The position numbers and the translations under genes are program-made. A stretch of 24,968 bases of DNA from a virus (lineage: Duplodnaviria; Caudoviricetes). Below the pieces are notes generated by a model. That model saw nothing but the letters and a program-made list of their open reading frames with translations, did not search any database and had not been told where the DNA came from. Positions 17,306-24,968 of this stretch are shown piece after piece. Every line of letters begins with the position of its first letter. Position 1 is the stretch's first letter. The stretch is taken from IMG/VR virus record IMGVR_UViG_3300005298_000033, positions 1 through 24,968 of that record. The stretch is one strand, 5' to 3'.

Positions 17306-17743
17306 TTACATACTCCACATATTTGTCTCGTAAATGACATCAAAAGTTATAACAGCCGCTCCAATTTCAATGTCGTATCTTTCAAAAGACATTTCGTCTC
17401 CATCGGCCAAAGCTGTCCATTCGGCCAACCCTCCCCATTTTTCCTCCTCGCACTGTCCTAAAACCTTTAAAATGTCTTCAATACCTGCTCGTATTTCTTG
17501 AGGAGTTTTACCAAATACTGCAATTTCTATCCTTAAAGCCCACCGAAAACCTCCTATCGATGTCGGAAATGTTCTACGATTTAAGGAATCACGGATTATG
17601 ACGCCCGGGAGTTCATCTTTCGTTAAAGGATGGTCCCGCCATTCAAATATATTTAATCCTAAGTCTGTGTTATACCCATTTATCTTTTTAACCTCCGCTA
17701 TTTTCGCCTTAAGATAATCAATTAAGTGTTGCCTTACTGACAT
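17306..17743 (-). CDS. Tail terminator / completion protein (gpU-like)
   Basis: MSVRQHLI...NGYNTDLG...ELPGVII pattern, 145 aa, upstream of the tube gene. Confidence 0.75.
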   Translation of the reverse strand: MSVRQHLIDYLKAKIAEVKKINGYNTDLGLNIFEWRDHPLTKDELPGVIIRDSLNRRTFPTSIGGFRWALRIEIAVFGKTPQEIRAGIEDILKVLGQCEEEKWGGLAEWTALADGDEMSFERYDIEIGAAVITFDVIYETNMWSM

Positions 17744-18055
17744 CTACCCTACCTCCGAAAGCTCAAGCTTTATTGTTCCCTCTACTTTCTTTATCACTTT
17801 TGTTATCTCGTACTCAACATCTCTTACAATCACCCTATCCCCTACTTTAGCACCCTCCAGGTCGCTTTCGGCACCTTCAACGGTTATCACATTGGTAGCA
17901 ACACCAGCAAAACCGTCAACATCCACGGCTATTTGGTACCCAATATTGAAGTCTACCATCACTTCCTTAATCTCATTATCAGTTTTTAAGACGGCCGGTT
18001 CTCCAAAATCTGAAAAGTACAGATAAACGTCTTTTTTAAAAAACTTTTCGTTCAT
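17744..18055 (-). CDS. Head closure / head-tail joining protein (gpFII-like)
   Basis: 103 aa, FSDFGE and GDRVIVRDVEYEI beta-barrel pattern. Canonical position. Confidence 0.75.
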   Translation of the reverse strand: MNEKFFKKDVYLYFSDFGEPAVLKTDNEIKEVMVDFNIGYQIAVDVDGFAGVATNVITVEGAESDLEGAKVGDRVIVRDVEYEITKVIKKVEGTIKLELSEVG

Positions 18056-18228
18056 TTCTTCCTACGACCTTTTGGAGCCTCCAATTCTTCTTTAAGGTCT
18101 TCGGCCACCTCAACGGCTACACTCAAACTCAACAAAAACCTTCCGACTTCTTCGGGCACTTCGTAAACTTGCCCCTTGTAATAATCCCTTCCTTTCCCGA
18201 CTACGCTGTCCAACATTTTTATCTTCAT
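18052..18228 (-). CDS. 58-aa protein after the capsid gene (FI-slot), MKIKMLDSVVGKGRDYYKGQVYEVPEEVGRFLL...KGRRKK
   Basis: Not in the ORF track (under 60 aa). SD GGAGG/GGAG upstream, and its stop overlaps the next start (ATGA). Confidence 0.8.
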   Translation of the reverse strand: MKIKMLDSVVGKGRDYYKGQVYEVPEEVGRFLLSLSVAVEVAEDLKEELEAPKGRRKK

Positions 18229-18256
18229 CTCCCGTTATGCCTCCAGCCCTTGGTTA

Positions 18257-18287
18257 AACGGGGAGGAGGAAATCCCCCCTCCCCGTT
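18257..18287 (-). terminator. GC-rich hairpin after the capsid stop (leaky terminator or mRNA stabiliser)
   Basis: AACGGGGAGGGGG...CCTCCTCCCCGTT stem of about 13 bp, with only a short U tract (GTTTAA). Confidence 0.65.
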
Positions 18288-18297
18288 ACCTTCAAGC

Positions 18298-20466
18298 TTA
18301 CGCTATCGTTACCATATCCTTGATGACCGCAAAGCTCTGCGGGTGCCTAATCGCTATATCAACATCCTGAAGTACTCTTACCCTAACGGTCCCCGAAGCC
18401 CCTTGAGTGTAGGGGTCAACCATTACATCCAACGCTCCCCACTCTCCTATTATCAGATCCTTCCAATTTCCAAATATCATGGCCGAGAGATTCGTTCCCG
18501 TTCCTTTGGTAAGATTTGAAGGTACCTGATTAGATACTGCGCAGGGCAGGGCAAGACATTTGGTCATACCGTCAGGACCGGGAAGATCTTCTATTATGTA
18601 GGCCGGGTACCCAGAGACTTTTGGGGTAGAAGCAAGCGTAGCAATAACCTTTGCATTTGTCAGGAATGCAAGAGCCCCAACATCGGCATTTTGAGTGGCT
18701 ACCTTGCTCCAAAGCTCCACTATTTTAGCATAAGTCGGAGGACCGCCGTTTTCACCAAGCTCTACAAGCCCTACTCCTGGTGTATTCAAAATCCCGGTAG
18801 GTTCACCGTTTGCTCCAGAGCCGTTTATAGCCGCATAGTCAATCGCCAAGGCCACTACGGTGGCCAAGTCATCCCTTACCAAGGCCTCAACGCTCAAGGA
18901 GGCCTGTAAGAGAAGCTTTCTCGAAATATCGGTAATTGCCCCAACAGTCTTCGGAGTCATACCTACCTGGGCAAAGGCCTGTTGGGATTCAGTAGGAGCC
19001 ATCCCCTCGCTTACCCAATAAGCCGTTGCTCCACCGGTCATTTTAGGGATAGCAATATCACCTACAAGCCCGCTCAAGATCCTTGCCCCAAGCTTCCTTA
19101 CCATCATCCTATTGCGTAAAAGCTCAATGAATTCAGATACCAAAAGCTCAGTCGCCACAAGTTCCCCGCCAGCACCTGCGGTCCCCTTTACCAAATCCCT
19201 TGTAACCAAAGGAGTCTCAAGGACATCAAGGGGGATAAAGAAACCCATTGGGGTCCTGCCGAGCTTCTTTGCTGTCGCATCGGACACTTCTTTTTCGAAG
19301 GGAGCCAAGTCCCAATTGCGCTCAACAAGCGCATTAATTGCCCTAACGATGCTAAACTTGCGGGCCTCTTTCTCGGAAAGGCCGATTCTTGGGTCTATAG
19401 GTTCGATCTTCTTAGCCCTATACACTTGTTCAAGGATCATTTCCTTGAACTCTTCCACCGTTTTTCCTTCTTTAATAGCCCGCCTGGCAAGGTCCAGGCA
19501 TTTATGTTTCTCTCCAAGCGCTAAAATTTCATCTATCCTTTGCATTTCTTGATCTAAAACTTCTATCATCCCTACCCTCCTTTCTTTGGATTTTAATTCA
19601 TGAGGCATAACCTCATTTTTTACAACAGCCTCATAAGTTCTGCCGACCCCAACGGTCAAATCCGCCGGAATCGAAACTATGGAAATCTCAAGTGGCACCC
19701 AAGAAGTTACCCGATACCACTTCTTCCCATTCTCCTCCTTTTCGAACCTCATCTCCTTAATAATGTACCCCACCGAGACATTGCGCCTTATGCCGTCTAA
19801 GATATCCTGGAAGACTTCCTCTCCAAGCGCCCCTCTGCTTAGCCTCACAACCGCTCTTCCTTTTCTTGCCACCTTATCGATGTAGACATCTTCAATAACT
19901 CCAATTTGCTTTGTTGGGTCGTGATCTAAAAGTAATGGTCCTCCTTTTTTCAACCTACTCAAATCCACGCTCTCCTCGGAATGATCTAAAATTTCGATAC
20001 CGAAAAACCTTTCCACGGGTTCCTCAGAGCTGAAGGAAAGCTCTACCATCCTTTTTACCTTATCCACTACTGCTTTTGTTTCAATCTCTACCGTTCTTGT
20101 TTGAATGGGCAGGGAAAGTATTTTCTTTTCTTCCTCCTCCTTATCGATCATTTGAAGGAGTTCATCAGCCGCCTCCCTTATGTTGTCATATCCAAACTGA
20201 GAAGCTCTTACTTTTGCCGCTATGACTCCCCGCCTGTAAACCTTTCCGTTCTTCCCGTAAGGGAACTTATATCTTGCTTTTGTTTCTTCTTCTGCTTCGG
20301 TATCTATTGCCAAAAACCACTTTCTATATTCTTTCCACCCGCCTTCCTCGAGGATTTTGTTTCCGTCCTCAGCCTCGAAGGACCATTCGCTTTCCCGGTC
20401 CACTTTCCCTTCCCGTATTAATCTCTTAGCATGATTAAACCCCTCGGTATTAAGCCTTATTGCCAT
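18298..20466 (-). CDS. Fused N-terminal unknown domain + HK97-type prohead protease + scaffold + major capsid protein
   Basis: Protease motifs ELSFSSEEPV, PLLLDHD, VSVGY and EISIVSIPAD at about aa 140-277. Capsid motifs EG-x3-TES, PKTVGA, IFGNW and D-x-AIRHPQSF at the C-terminus. Confidence 0.93.
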   Translation of the reverse strand: MAIRLNTEGFNHAKRLIREGKVDRESEWSFEAEDGNKILEEGGWKEYRKWFLAIDTEAEEETKARYKFPYGKNGKVYRRGVIAAKVRASQFGYDNIREAADELLQMIDKEEEEKKILSLPIQTRTVEIETKAVVDKVKRMVELSFSSEEPVERFFGIEILDHSEESVDLSRLKKGGPLLLDHDPTKQIGVIEDVYIDKVARKGRAVVRLSRGALGEEVFQDILDGIRRNVSVGYIIKEMRFEKEENGKKWYRVTSWVPLEISIVSIPADLTVGVGRTYEAVVKNEVMPHELKSKERRVGMIEVLDQEMQRIDEILALGEKHKCLDLARRAIKEGKTVEEFKEMILEQVYRAKKIEPIDPRIGLSEKEARKFSIVRAINALVERNWDLAPFEKEVSDATAKKLGRTPMGFFIPLDVLETPLVTRDLVKGTAGAGGELVATELLVSEFIELLRNRMMVRKLGARILSGLVGDIAIPKMTGGATAYWVSEGMAPTESQQAFAQVGMTPKTVGAITDISRKLLLQASLSVEALVRDDLATVVALAIDYAAINGSGANGEPTGILNTPGVGLVELGENGGPPTYAKIVELWSKVATQNADVGALAFLTNAKVIATLASTPKVSGYPAYIIEDLPGPDGMTKCLALPCAVSNQVPSNLTKGTGTNLSAMIFGNWKDLIIGEWGALDVMVDPYTQGASGTVRVRVLQDVDIAIRHPQSFAVIKDMVTIA

Positions 20467-21922
20467 TTTCTTCCCCCTCCTCTACAATCTTTTGCATTAA
20501 AACTAAACTCATCTTCTCATCCACATCCTCTATTTTCAGCCCATATTTTGACATTAATTCTTTTTCCTTGACAAGTTCCTCGAGGATATCCTCAAAATCA
20601 ATTCCTTTTTCCGCCAAAATTCTTGTCCTTGTCGTCAAAGCATTCTTCAGTTCTAAAATTTTTGCCTGAATATCCTTTAAAGGATCAACCCAGTCCCACC
20701 TTCTTGCCTGCCATATATGCACTTTGTATCGCTCAATATCTCCATAAGGGACATTAATGCGCCCTGCAAGGTATGCCATTTCGAACCAAGCTTCATATAC
20801 TTTTTCAAGAAAGTTATCGATAAACCACTCTTGTAAATCCATCCATACTTCCCTTTCTTCTAAAGCTCCAGCTCTCAAAGAGCTGTAATTTACACTCTCA
20901 AGATCATTGCAAAGCGTGTTGTAGTTACATCCAAGCCCTGCACTTATACCCCTCAGCATAGCTTTAACGAACTTATCGAAGTCGGCCGAGGGTCTACCTG
21001 GATCAAAAGGCTTAAAGTCAACCCCTGGGGGAAGGATCTCTAAAATTCCTGGTTCTACTTCACTTATTAATTCCTCCCCCTCGGTCTTTCCCGTGTATTG
21101 AGCGGCTTCGGGAACTTGGATAAAAAACCCCATTTTTCCAGCGCTGACCCTTGCCGCTATTACTTCAGCTTCCTCGTAAGCTCCAAGCATCCGCAGTTTT
21201 AGCATTGCCGTAGCAACCCATGGCACCCCTCTGCTTTGAGATGGCCTTTCTTTTATGAACAAATGAATGATTTCATCAGCTGGAACTCTTATATGTCTGT
21301 TTCCCTGGAGGGTTTCACCTGGATGTTTTTCCCAAAGCCAATAAGCTACTGCTCTCCCGTATATATCCTTTTCAACCCCAAGCGTTATCTTGTTTCCATT
21401 CGGAAGGTCTTGGTTTAAGCGCTCATCAAGGTGATCCGCTTCAATTATTTGAAGGGCAAACCCGTATGGGTTATCGAATCCCCTTAAACACCGCACTATA
21501 ACTTCACCGTCTCTTGCTACCGAACGCAGGACCATTTTACATGCGTCCCTTAATGGAATTCCGTCGACTGTCGCATAGTGTTTGCTCCACCTTTCCCACT
21601 CTTGCTCAATTATTTGATTGTTTTTCAAATCAAGCTCTTCGGTTAAAGCTTTTTTTGCTTTCGCCTGCAGTATCACTCCCTTTGGACCTATCACGTTTAT
21701 TTCGAGCTTGCGGAGGAAGTTTCTCACGTAGTCGTTATTTCTCTCAAGATCCCGGCTCCTGTTTCTCAAAATCGGCAAGCTCCACCGCAAGATGTGATCC
21801 GCAACTAAGGAAGGAGTTAGCCAGTCTGCGGTAAATCTATTAATTTTTGCTCCTTGATATCCACGCCTATATGGTCCCTGCCTTTTAAACACTCCTTTTA
21901 GCCTCTCAAATATCCCCTTCAT
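20450..21922 (-). CDS. Portal protein, lambda family
   Basis: LRNRSRDLERNN, RDGEV, IEADHLD, RPSQSRGVPW, VNYSSLRAG and WDWVDPLKD motifs. Confidence 0.95.
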   Translation of the reverse strand: MKGIFERLKGVFKRQGPYRRGYQGAKINRFTADWLTPSLVADHILRWSLPILRNRSRDLERNNDYVRNFLRKLEINVIGPKGVILQAKAKKALTEELDLKNNQIIEQEWERWSKHYATVDGIPLRDACKMVLRSVARDGEVIVRCLRGFDNPYGFALQIIEADHLDERLNQDLPNGNKITLGVEKDIYGRAVAYWLWEKHPGETLQGNRHIRVPADEIIHLFIKERPSQSRGVPWVATAMLKLRMLGAYEEAEVIAARVSAGKMGFFIQVPEAAQYTGKTEGEELISEVEPGILEILPPGVDFKPFDPGRPSADFDKFVKAMLRGISAGLGCNYNTLCNDLESVNYSSLRAGALEEREVWMDLQEWFIDNFLEKVYEAWFEMAYLAGRINVPYGDIERYKVHIWQARRWDWVDPLKDIQAKILELKNALTTRTRILAEKGIDFEDILEELVKEKELMSKYGLKIEDVDEKMSLVLMQKIVEEGEENGNKA

Positions 21923-22440
21923 TCTTTAAACCTCACTTTCACGATGTTTCCCGTGTAATCCGAAAGCCCCTTAGCCAAAAGTTCCTGCTTGTAAAGCTCC
22001 TTATAGAGCCTCCAAGCCTTATAGAGCTCCTCAAGGGTCATATGTTTAATTCTTTTGTCACCTATCTGGTATTCAAGGTCCGTCCGGGAGGCTCTTCCTT
22101 CGATAGCCGCTTCAAGGGCAAGCAAAATTTTTTTGATATGTGAGGCCGTTACATCGGAAGAAGCCGGGTTAGGAAGGACGGTAATTTGCCCCAAGGAAAT
22201 CGTACTGGCCTTGCTTGTTCCTCTTGAGTATCTTATAAACCCAAAGTATTCGCCCGGCTCAAACTGAGATGATTCGGAAGGGGAAATTTTAAATAAGAAG
22301 TTCCCGTTATCCTGCCGTTCCCCGCTGAAGGTGTAAATGTTTGCATCTTTCTGCAGGATAAAAACGGCCTGTGATTCTTGATCGGAAAAATCTGGGTGGT
22401 AAGAAACAAACTCAAAGCTGTCTCCTGCTACTATTCTCAT
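21919..22440 (-). CDS. Head-tail adaptor, gpW-like, with extra N-terminal beta domain
   Basis: Between terL and portal. C-terminal helix-hairpin-helix LEAAIEG...EYQIGDKRI...LEEL. Confidence 0.75.
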   Translation of the reverse strand: MRIVAGDSFEFVSYHPDFSDQESQAVFILQKDANIYTFSGERQDNGNFLFKISPSESSQFEPGEYFGFIRYSRGTSKASTISLGQITVLPNPASSDVTASHIKKILLALEAAIEGRASRTDLEYQIGDKRIKHMTLEELYKAWRLYKELYKQELLAKGLSDYTGNIVKVRFKE

Positions 22441-22493
22441 CTTTTATGCCTCCATCTTGGTTTTTTACCACATTTTCCGTTTTTATTTCACGT

Positions 22494-24377
22494 TCAAAAG
22501 ACATCCCAGTCCCTTACCCACGATCTTCTTTTCGGTTTTAGCGGCTTCAAGGGAGAGGGTGGTATTTGCGGTAGGGGCTGGGGCTGTTGAGTTTGAGAAG
22601 CGGCTCTATTTTCAAGGATTTTTTCGAAATTTGGGCTTAAAATAGTTATTGCCGCTAAGTTATAAACCCAAAGGTCTAAAATTTCATTTCTGGGCCTTAC
22701 CTTGATGTATTCTTTTATAAGCTGTCCCTTCGATGTTCGATACACTGGTTTTTCAGAAAGAAGCTGAAGGAAGTATTCTTCATCGCACTGCCGATTAAAG
22801 TGAATGTACCCCGGTCCTTCTTTCTCAAGCTTTAGCCTCCCAAATATGATATCTTTTGCGGTCGTAACCCCCACCTGAAAAAGCTTTACTTTTCTATGTC
22901 CTACAAGTTTCGGCCTCCCAACTAATGGGGCTCCGCTTATATTTGCTCCTTTTGCCGCATAAATCCTTCTTGACTGCCTTGGCTTTACAAAATCATAGAC
23001 TTTCTTCGTAATAAAACCACTATCGATTAAACATATCGTTATTTTTAGTTTTTCCCCGGACTCAGTTTCAAAGGTCTTTTGAAGGTATTCATCAAGTTCG
23101 GTCCAGGGCTGTTCGGTCACCGTATACCCGTAAATAACTTTGTGCTCTATATGCCAAGCCTCCTCTCCTTTCCCCCAGCCAACAACAAGGATTTCCAGCC
23201 GATCTTCATGTACATCAACGGCCGAAGTTAAAACCGCTACTTTGTCGGGGACCTTTTCGTAGTTTTCTACTCGCTTTATAAGTTCGATGTTCGAAAGCTG
23301 TTCCGACTCTTCTTCTTCATAAGGAAGCCCAAGACTTGTGTTTATAAACACTTTTAGGGTCTCCCGGCTTTTTTGGGCTTCAAGATACCTTGTAGCCACG
23401 GTAGCAAAAGAGACCCATGGGGAATAAAGTTCGTTTAGCCAAAACCCAGCTATGTGCGGAACCTCTCTTTCTTTGATCCATCTTCCCCTCGCTATCATCT
23501 TCAGCTTATCCGCATCATTCAAGTGCCTCCCGCATCCTGCACATTCATAAAAAGCCGTATGCGGTTTATCATCTTCCCATTTTAAGTTTTCAAAAAGCAA
23601 AACCTGCTCAAAGCCGCAGTACGGGCATGGAACGTAGTATTTGCGCTTGTCGCTCATCTCGTATGCAAGCTCTATCCTTGAAACTCCTTTAAGAGTAGGG
23701 GTTGAGAAGAGCCCAATTTTGCGGTTCCAAAAGGTAGTGGTCCTTTTCCGTGCCAGTTCGATAGGATCGCCTTCAACCCCAACACTTATAGGATATCTAT
23801 CAACCTCATCGCACAGCAGAATCCTAATCGGTCTTGCCGAAAAACTGGCAGGTGAATTAGCTCCAGCTATTGCTATAAAACCTCCCGGGAATTTTTTGTG
23901 CAGGACCGTTTCATCAGGGTTTTTCATTTTTGTCTTTAAAATTTTCCCCTTAAAACAAGGAGAATCTCGCAACATTGGGGTTAATCTTTCTTTCGAAAAA
24001 GACTTAGCTATTTCCAAAGTCGGCTGTATAACGAGTATTGGGGCAGGCTCATAGTCTATGTAGTACCCTATCACATTCAAAATACACTCGGTCTTTCCCA
24101 CTTGGCTTGAAGTCATAACGACCACCATTTCTACGTCGGGATCAACGAAGGCATCCATAATATCCCGCAAATATGGAGTCCTATCGGTATACCACTTGCC
24201 CGGTTCTGCCGAAGCGTCTGGGCTTAAAATCCTATTCCTATCCGCCCACTCACTAACCAAAAGTTTAGGTTTTGGCTTCCAGAGCTTTAAGGCCTCCTTT
24301 ATCACTCCAGTTATTTTCTGAAGTTCCCTTTTAAGCTCCTCTTTCGATTGATTTAAGGACATCCTTTGGATCCCCAA
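22494..24377 (-). CDS. terL: Terminase large subunit, lambda GpA family
   Basis: Walker A SSQVGKTE, Walker B LLCDEVD, FSTPT, CPYCG/CAGCG Zn finger, RNEILD nuclease motif. True start may be ATG 24362. Confidence 0.97.
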   Translation of the reverse strand: MGIQRMSLNQSKEELKRELQKITGVIKEALKLWKPKPKLLVSEWADRNRILSPDASAEPGKWYTDRTPYLRDIMDAFVDPDVEMVVVMTSSQVGKTECILNVIGYYIDYEPAPILVIQPTLEIAKSFSKERLTPMLRDSPCFKGKILKTKMKNPDETVLHKKFPGGFIAIAGANSPASFSARPIRILLCDEVDRYPISVGVEGDPIELARKRTTTFWNRKIGLFSTPTLKGVSRIELAYEMSDKRKYYVPCPYCGFEQVLLFENLKWEDDKPHTAFYECAGCGRHLNDADKLKMIARGRWIKEREVPHIAGFWLNELYSPWVSFATVATRYLEAQKSRETLKVFINTSLGLPYEEEESEQLSNIELIKRVENYEKVPDKVAVLTSAVDVHEDRLEILVVGWGKGEEAWHIEHKVIYGYTVTEQPWTELDEYLQKTFETESGEKLKITICLIDSGFITKKVYDFVKPRQSRRIYAAKGANISGAPLVGRPKLVGHRKVKLFQVGVTTAKDIIFGRLKLEKEGPGYIHFNRQCDEEYFLQLLSEKPVYRTSKGQLIKEYIKVRPRNEILDLWVYNLAAITILSPNFEKILENRAASQTQQPQPLPQIPPSPLKPLKPKRRSWVRDWDVF

Positions 24378-24813
24378 GTTCGTTCAAAACCTCTTTGATG
24401 TATTTTTCCAAAATATCCCTCGCCTCCCTTAAGCTTGAAGCGGTTATAATCACCGGAGCCAATTTGCTCGGGATTGCCTCAAGCTTGCTTTTTGTCCGCA
24501 GTATCAATGTCTCAAGCACATATCTCACCACTTCAATATCTACAAGCCGCTTCTCCTCCTTCTTGTACTGAAGCTCTTTAAGCTTTGTTTGCCAAGCTAT
24601 TAACTTTGCCTTTTCCTCAGCTAAAGTCGCACTTCCACCTCCCTCAGCCATCTTTCGATAGTACTCGATCAAAAACTTACAAGCCTTAAAAAGATCTACC
24701 TTCCCATTTTTGACCGGAGGAGCTCCGTATTCTTTAACAAGCTGTCGATAGCGCCTCGGAGTTATTCCAAAAATCTGCTCACACGCAAGATCAAGATTAA
24801 CCTCATTCACCAC
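24331..24813 (-). CDS. terS: Terminase small subunit, Nu1-like
   Basis: N-terminal winged HTH (IFGITPRRYRQL), coiled coil EEKAKL...LKEL, LEAIPSKLAP. Overlaps terL. Confidence 0.88.
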   Translation of the reverse strand: MVNEVNLDLACEQIFGITPRRYRQLVKEYGAPPVKNGKVDLFKACKFLIEYYRKMAEGGGSATLAEEKAKLIAWQTKLKELQYKKEEKRLVDIEVVRYVLETLILRTKSKLEAIPSKLAPVIITASSLREARDILEKYIKEVLNELGDPKDVLKSIERGA

Positions 24814-24968
24814 ATACGCTCCCCTTTCCCGTCCTTAGACCCAACGGCTTCATTTTTTTTAATTTCCCCTAAATGCCTCCAAAAACCTCGAAAATGTTGC
24901 GGCAATGTTTGGAAGTGAAGCACGACTCTTCGGCCGTTCGTCTGGCAAAAGTGCGAAGCTCTGCGAGC

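Noticed and set aside
7284-22415. Nested minus-strand alternative-frame ORFs 7284-7478, 12627-12821 and 22233-22415
   Set aside because: They lie wholly inside conserved genes, with no clear SD or protein motif.
2102-24054. Numerous plus-strand ORFs of 60-146 aa in the track (e.g. 14022-14447, 19112-19552, 23641-24054)
   Set aside because: They are antisense shadows of well-supported minus-strand genes, Ser/Phe/Leu-rich mirror translations with no recognisable motifs.

Overview
This window is the virion morphogenesis and lysis half of a lambda-like (GpA terminase, lambda-type portal) long-tailed phage or prophage, with essentially all genes on the minus strand. From right to left the order is terS, terL, gpW-like adaptor, portal, a tripartite unknown-domain/prohead-protease/major-capsid fusion, head-tail connectors, tail tube, G/GT chaperones with a -1 slippery site, tape measure, a D3112/B3-style tail tip (its DUF2163 gene is broken by a 1-nt frameshift), tail fibre, holin, GH24 lysozyme and a displaced gpZ-like gene. 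A separately promoted operon follows: a Csx20-like (CRISPR ring-nuclease family) gene, a ribbon-helix-helix regulator, YqaJ exonuclease and RecT, closed by a terminator. The best candidate for a new system is this Csx20-like/RHH pair, whose promoter lies under a palindromic operator. It looks like a phage anti-type III CRISPR (acr-aca-like) module coupled to recombination repair. Family calls come from motif recognition only; no database searches were run. The E/K-rich proteome hints at a thermophilic host (inference).
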